Shown here in pieces: positions 61,183-64,000 of a DNA stretch of 64,000 bases (position 1 is its first letter; the number at the start of each line of letters is the position of its first letter). The stretch lies in assembly GCA_951406725.2 (NCBI GenBank), contig OX597819.1, forward strand, positions 19,158,001 through 19,222,000. Reading direction: 5' to 3'. This DNA is from Octopus vulgaris. Taxonomy: Eukaryota. Under the pieces are notes generated by a model that was given only the letters and a program-made list of their open reading frames with translations, was not told the origin of the DNA and searched no databases. A program made the translations under genes and the position numbers.

Positions 61183-61472
61183 TCATCATCATCAATACTT
61201 TCACTACTCCAAAATTCTATGGTGTATACTTCCATAACAAATGTCCGCTGCTAGAATTTCTGCTTGGGTCAGCTCCAGATTTAACAAATCGATTCATCGA
61301 ATGTTCCCAGATGTGAGAATAACGAATTTTCAGGTGTAGTGTATACTCTATAACTCAGGTGTCCCGTATCCTCTTTATCTTTCCTTAGTTTTCTTTAAAA
61401 CGTTGGGGTCATATTTGAGTTAGATTTGGCATCTATTTCTAGAATGTTGAAGAAATATTTAGATATACCATT

Positions 61473-61704
61473 GTAGAGGCGCAATGGCCTAGTGGTTAGG
61501 GCAGCGGACTCGCCGTCGCAGGATCCTGGTTTCGATTCTCAGACCGGGCGTTGTGTGTGTTTATTGAGCGAAAACACCTAAAAGCTCTACGAGGCTCCGG
61601 CAGGGGGTGGTGATCCCTGCTGTACTCTTTCACCACAATGGCGGTGCCCCAGCATGGCCACAGCTCAAGAGCTGAAACTGGAAAAACAAAAACAAAAACA
61701 ACAA
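61473..61704 (+). mobile_element. Chimeric SINE: family C 5' half joined to the LINE-type tail, 8-bp TSD
   Basis: Follows family C up to ctctttcaccacaa, then switches to tggcggtgccccagcatggccacagctcaagagctgaaactg(gaaaaac..). ATACCATT occurs at 61465-61472 and 61705-61712. Confidence 0.85.
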
Positions 61705-62086
61705 ATACCATTTTTGGCTGAAAATGCAAATCAGGCAAGCAGCAATGAATATGCTACGAAACTCGAAATATAATACTCTGTGTATAAAAAAATATATTTT
61801 CACCACAAAATATACAAACTATACATAACCCACTGGTTGTTCAATTTATAATAGAAAGTAGCTGAATCTTCACTCAAACAGTCCTTAATGTATTTTAAAA
61901 GTGACGGGAAGACTGGATCATTGAACCCTAATTATAGAAAAAAATGCGGCATACGTTAAATCATGAGTTTTGAAGTCAGAGCTAACGAGTTGATAAATAA
62001 CAACAAAAATATACTAGAATTCAGATAGTCCCAACAGGTTTGCATACGGGAAATATTTGCCTAGTTCTCGATTATCATCCAACCAT

Positions 62087-62121
<35 letters not shown>

Positions 62122-62192
62122 TATACATATAAATATATATATATATGTATATGTATATGTACATACATATATATAATATATATGTATGTATC

Positions 62193-62227
<35 letters not shown>

Positions 62228-62239
62228 TCATATGATCCT

Positions 62240-62293
<54 letters not shown>

Positions 62294-62305
62294 TCATATG
62301 ATCCT

Positions 62306-62368
<63 letters not shown>

Positions 62369-62542
62369 TGTATGTGTAACGTAATAGTTTAGGAAAAAGA
62401 TATTGGTTTCATATGTAGCGTGAACTAGACGTCTCTTCGGTTTCTCTAAATGATAACCGTTTTTAAGCACAAGAACGCCGTGGTAGTATCCCTCTTAAAA
62501 AACTTATGGCCGGGCGAGTTGTCTTCCTTCGCTTGATAAATA

Positions 62543-62660
62543 TAAACAACAAGCAGGTGTAATAGTTTGATGCACGGGAAAACCAGAATATCTTTTACGT
62601 TTCGAGCCTACGCTCTACAACAGAAAGGAAAACGAGGAAATAAAGAGAATGAAAAAAAAA
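62543..62660 (-). mobile_element. Penelope-type pLTR fragment with hammerhead-like motif (62591-62628)
   Basis: Homologous to 35360-35460. Minus strand CCUUU-CUGUUGU-A-GAGC-GUAG-GCUC-GAAA-CG-UA-AAAGA. Confidence 0.75.
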
Positions 62661-63730
62661 ACTTGCGGAGATTGCTGTCAATCATGGTAACTGGTTTGAC
62701 AAAGGTAGTTAGACAGGGGAGCTAAGAAGAATGGGAGATAATGAAGTACTGGTGATCCTAAAACGAAGATGCTCGTGCATGTGTGTGTGAAGCGTGTGTG
62801 TGTGTGTGTGTGTGCATGTGGACAGGGCTGGTTACCTTGACGTGTGGATGTGTGCATGTGTGTGTGCGTATGTAATGTCTGAGTGTGTGGGTGATGATGT
62901 GGGTACTGTGAATTGGTCAGTGCTAGTGTGTGCGGAGTGGTGTGATATGGTGTAGTGGTGTGAGTTTGTGTGTTGTGTGGTGTGCTGGTGTGGCGGTGTT
63001 GGGGTGTATATATTATAGAAACACACACAAATGTAAAAAGTGAATATTTGGAACAAAAAGCAGCAATTTATCTGTCCCTGTAGTTGGCTACTGTGATCGT
63101 TGTTTGTTGGTCGACTCCATAACATGAATTTCGTTGAGGTTGTCTCCAACGAAATATTTGCATAACTTGGTGAGTAGGGGAGGACATAACGGCGTGCCTA
63201 ACGTATTGCAGGAGTGATTCCGTTATCAATAGCTCTCTGTTTTATGATGCACACAACATCCCTGGAATCGTACAACTTTCTCGTGCGTATAAGGCATTGA
63301 AGCATTTCGGAAGAACGACGAATAAATGCTGCTTATCAGAAACAAATGGAGATGCCGAGCGTTGTTGAGTTTATGTCATCTGTTTTATTGTGGTTACGTT
63401 TGAATAGTTTACACAACTGTTTGCATTAAGCACGGTGTATCCAGCATCCACAGTTCAGTCACAAGATGTATGGCGACACTACAGAACCCTTCCCAAACAC
63501 ATTTGTTTTTTAAGAACATTGTAGAAAGAACCCAAAGACTACAAATGGAATAGTAGAAATATCAGGGTTGAAGGCACGTCTCTTCTAAATAGACTAAACC
63601 CACCAATAAGCTACGCATATGAATTACATGTATCTGTTTCTTTAGACAATAATACAAATATGAGCATAACATAAAATGTAAGCAACATATGTAAGCTTTT
63701 CACCATAGAATTTTGGTGAAATATATTATG

Positions 63731-63780
63731 TTTTCCAGTTTCAGCTCTTGAGCTGTGGCCATGCTGGGGCACCGCCATTG
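63731..63780 (-). mobile_element. LINE/SINE-type 3' tail fused to U2
   Basis: Exact reverse complement of 61636-61685 (50 nt). Confidence 0.9.
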
Positions 63781-63788
63781 GTGGGAGA

Positions 63789-63973
63789 TGGGCTGAATCC
63801 TGGAAGTACTGCAATACCAGGCCAACCCGTGGCAAAGGCGGAGCAAGCCCCTAACTCTTCGCCTCGTTCCAAAAATCAGTTTAATATCGATGGTCCCAAA
63901 TAGGGACCGTATCAGATATTAAGCTGATAAGAACAGATACTACACTTTGATCTTAGCCAAAAGGCCGAGAAGC
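63789..63973 (-). pseudogene. U2: U2 snRNA copy, probably a retropseudogene
   Basis: Minus strand GCTTCTCGGCCTTTTGGCTAAGATCAAAGTGTAGTATCTGTTCTTATCAGCTTAATATCTGATACG with branch-site recognition GTAGTA, Sm-like site GATTTTTGG and stem-loop IV CCTGGTATTGCAGTACTTCCAGG. The first three nt are AAG instead of ATC, and the 3' end runs into a retroelement tail. Confidence 0.93.
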
Positions 63974-64000
63974 CTTGAATTATTTAAATATAAACTAAAC

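Noticed and set aside
61476-61550. tRNA gene
   Set aside because: It is the tRNA-derived head of a SINE: followed by SINE body and tail, with no proper acceptor stem or terminator.
63060-63480. GIY-YIG remnant upstream of the 62543 pLTR
   Set aside because: The position fits, but no diagnostic motif could be read with confidence.

Overview
Eukaryotic, AT-rich, repeat-saturated DNA that is intergenic or deep-intronic. The SINE families, the huge (TA)n/(CA)n/(TAA)n/(GAA)n/(CAT)n load and the TE spectrum point to an octopus (coleoid cephalopod) genome; this is inferred from pattern, not from a search. No complete host gene is visible, and almost all ORFs in the track are microsatellite translations. 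Recognisable content: decayed mariner/Tc1 transposases; R4/Dong-type RLE LINE ends (one embedded in (TAA)n); Tx1/L1, RTE and CR1-group LINE fragments; a Helitron helicase fragment; a Neptune-type Penelope-like element (GIY-YIG); a piggyBac-type MITE; three tRNA-derived SINE families; one candidate coding exon; and a near full-length U2 snRNA copy. Two things stand out. (1) The U2 copy is fused to a 50-nt LINE-type 3' tail. The identical tail is grafted onto a TSD-flanked SINE head 2 kb away, and related tails end two CR1-group LINE fragments and a SINE family in the window, which suggests one LINE captures small RNAs. (2) At least three sequence families of minimal hammerhead-ribozyme-like motifs with palindromic helix III lie in Penelope-type terminal repeats next to (TA)n tracts. 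One family has a non-canonical CUGUYGA core, and nearly all copies are on the minus strand.
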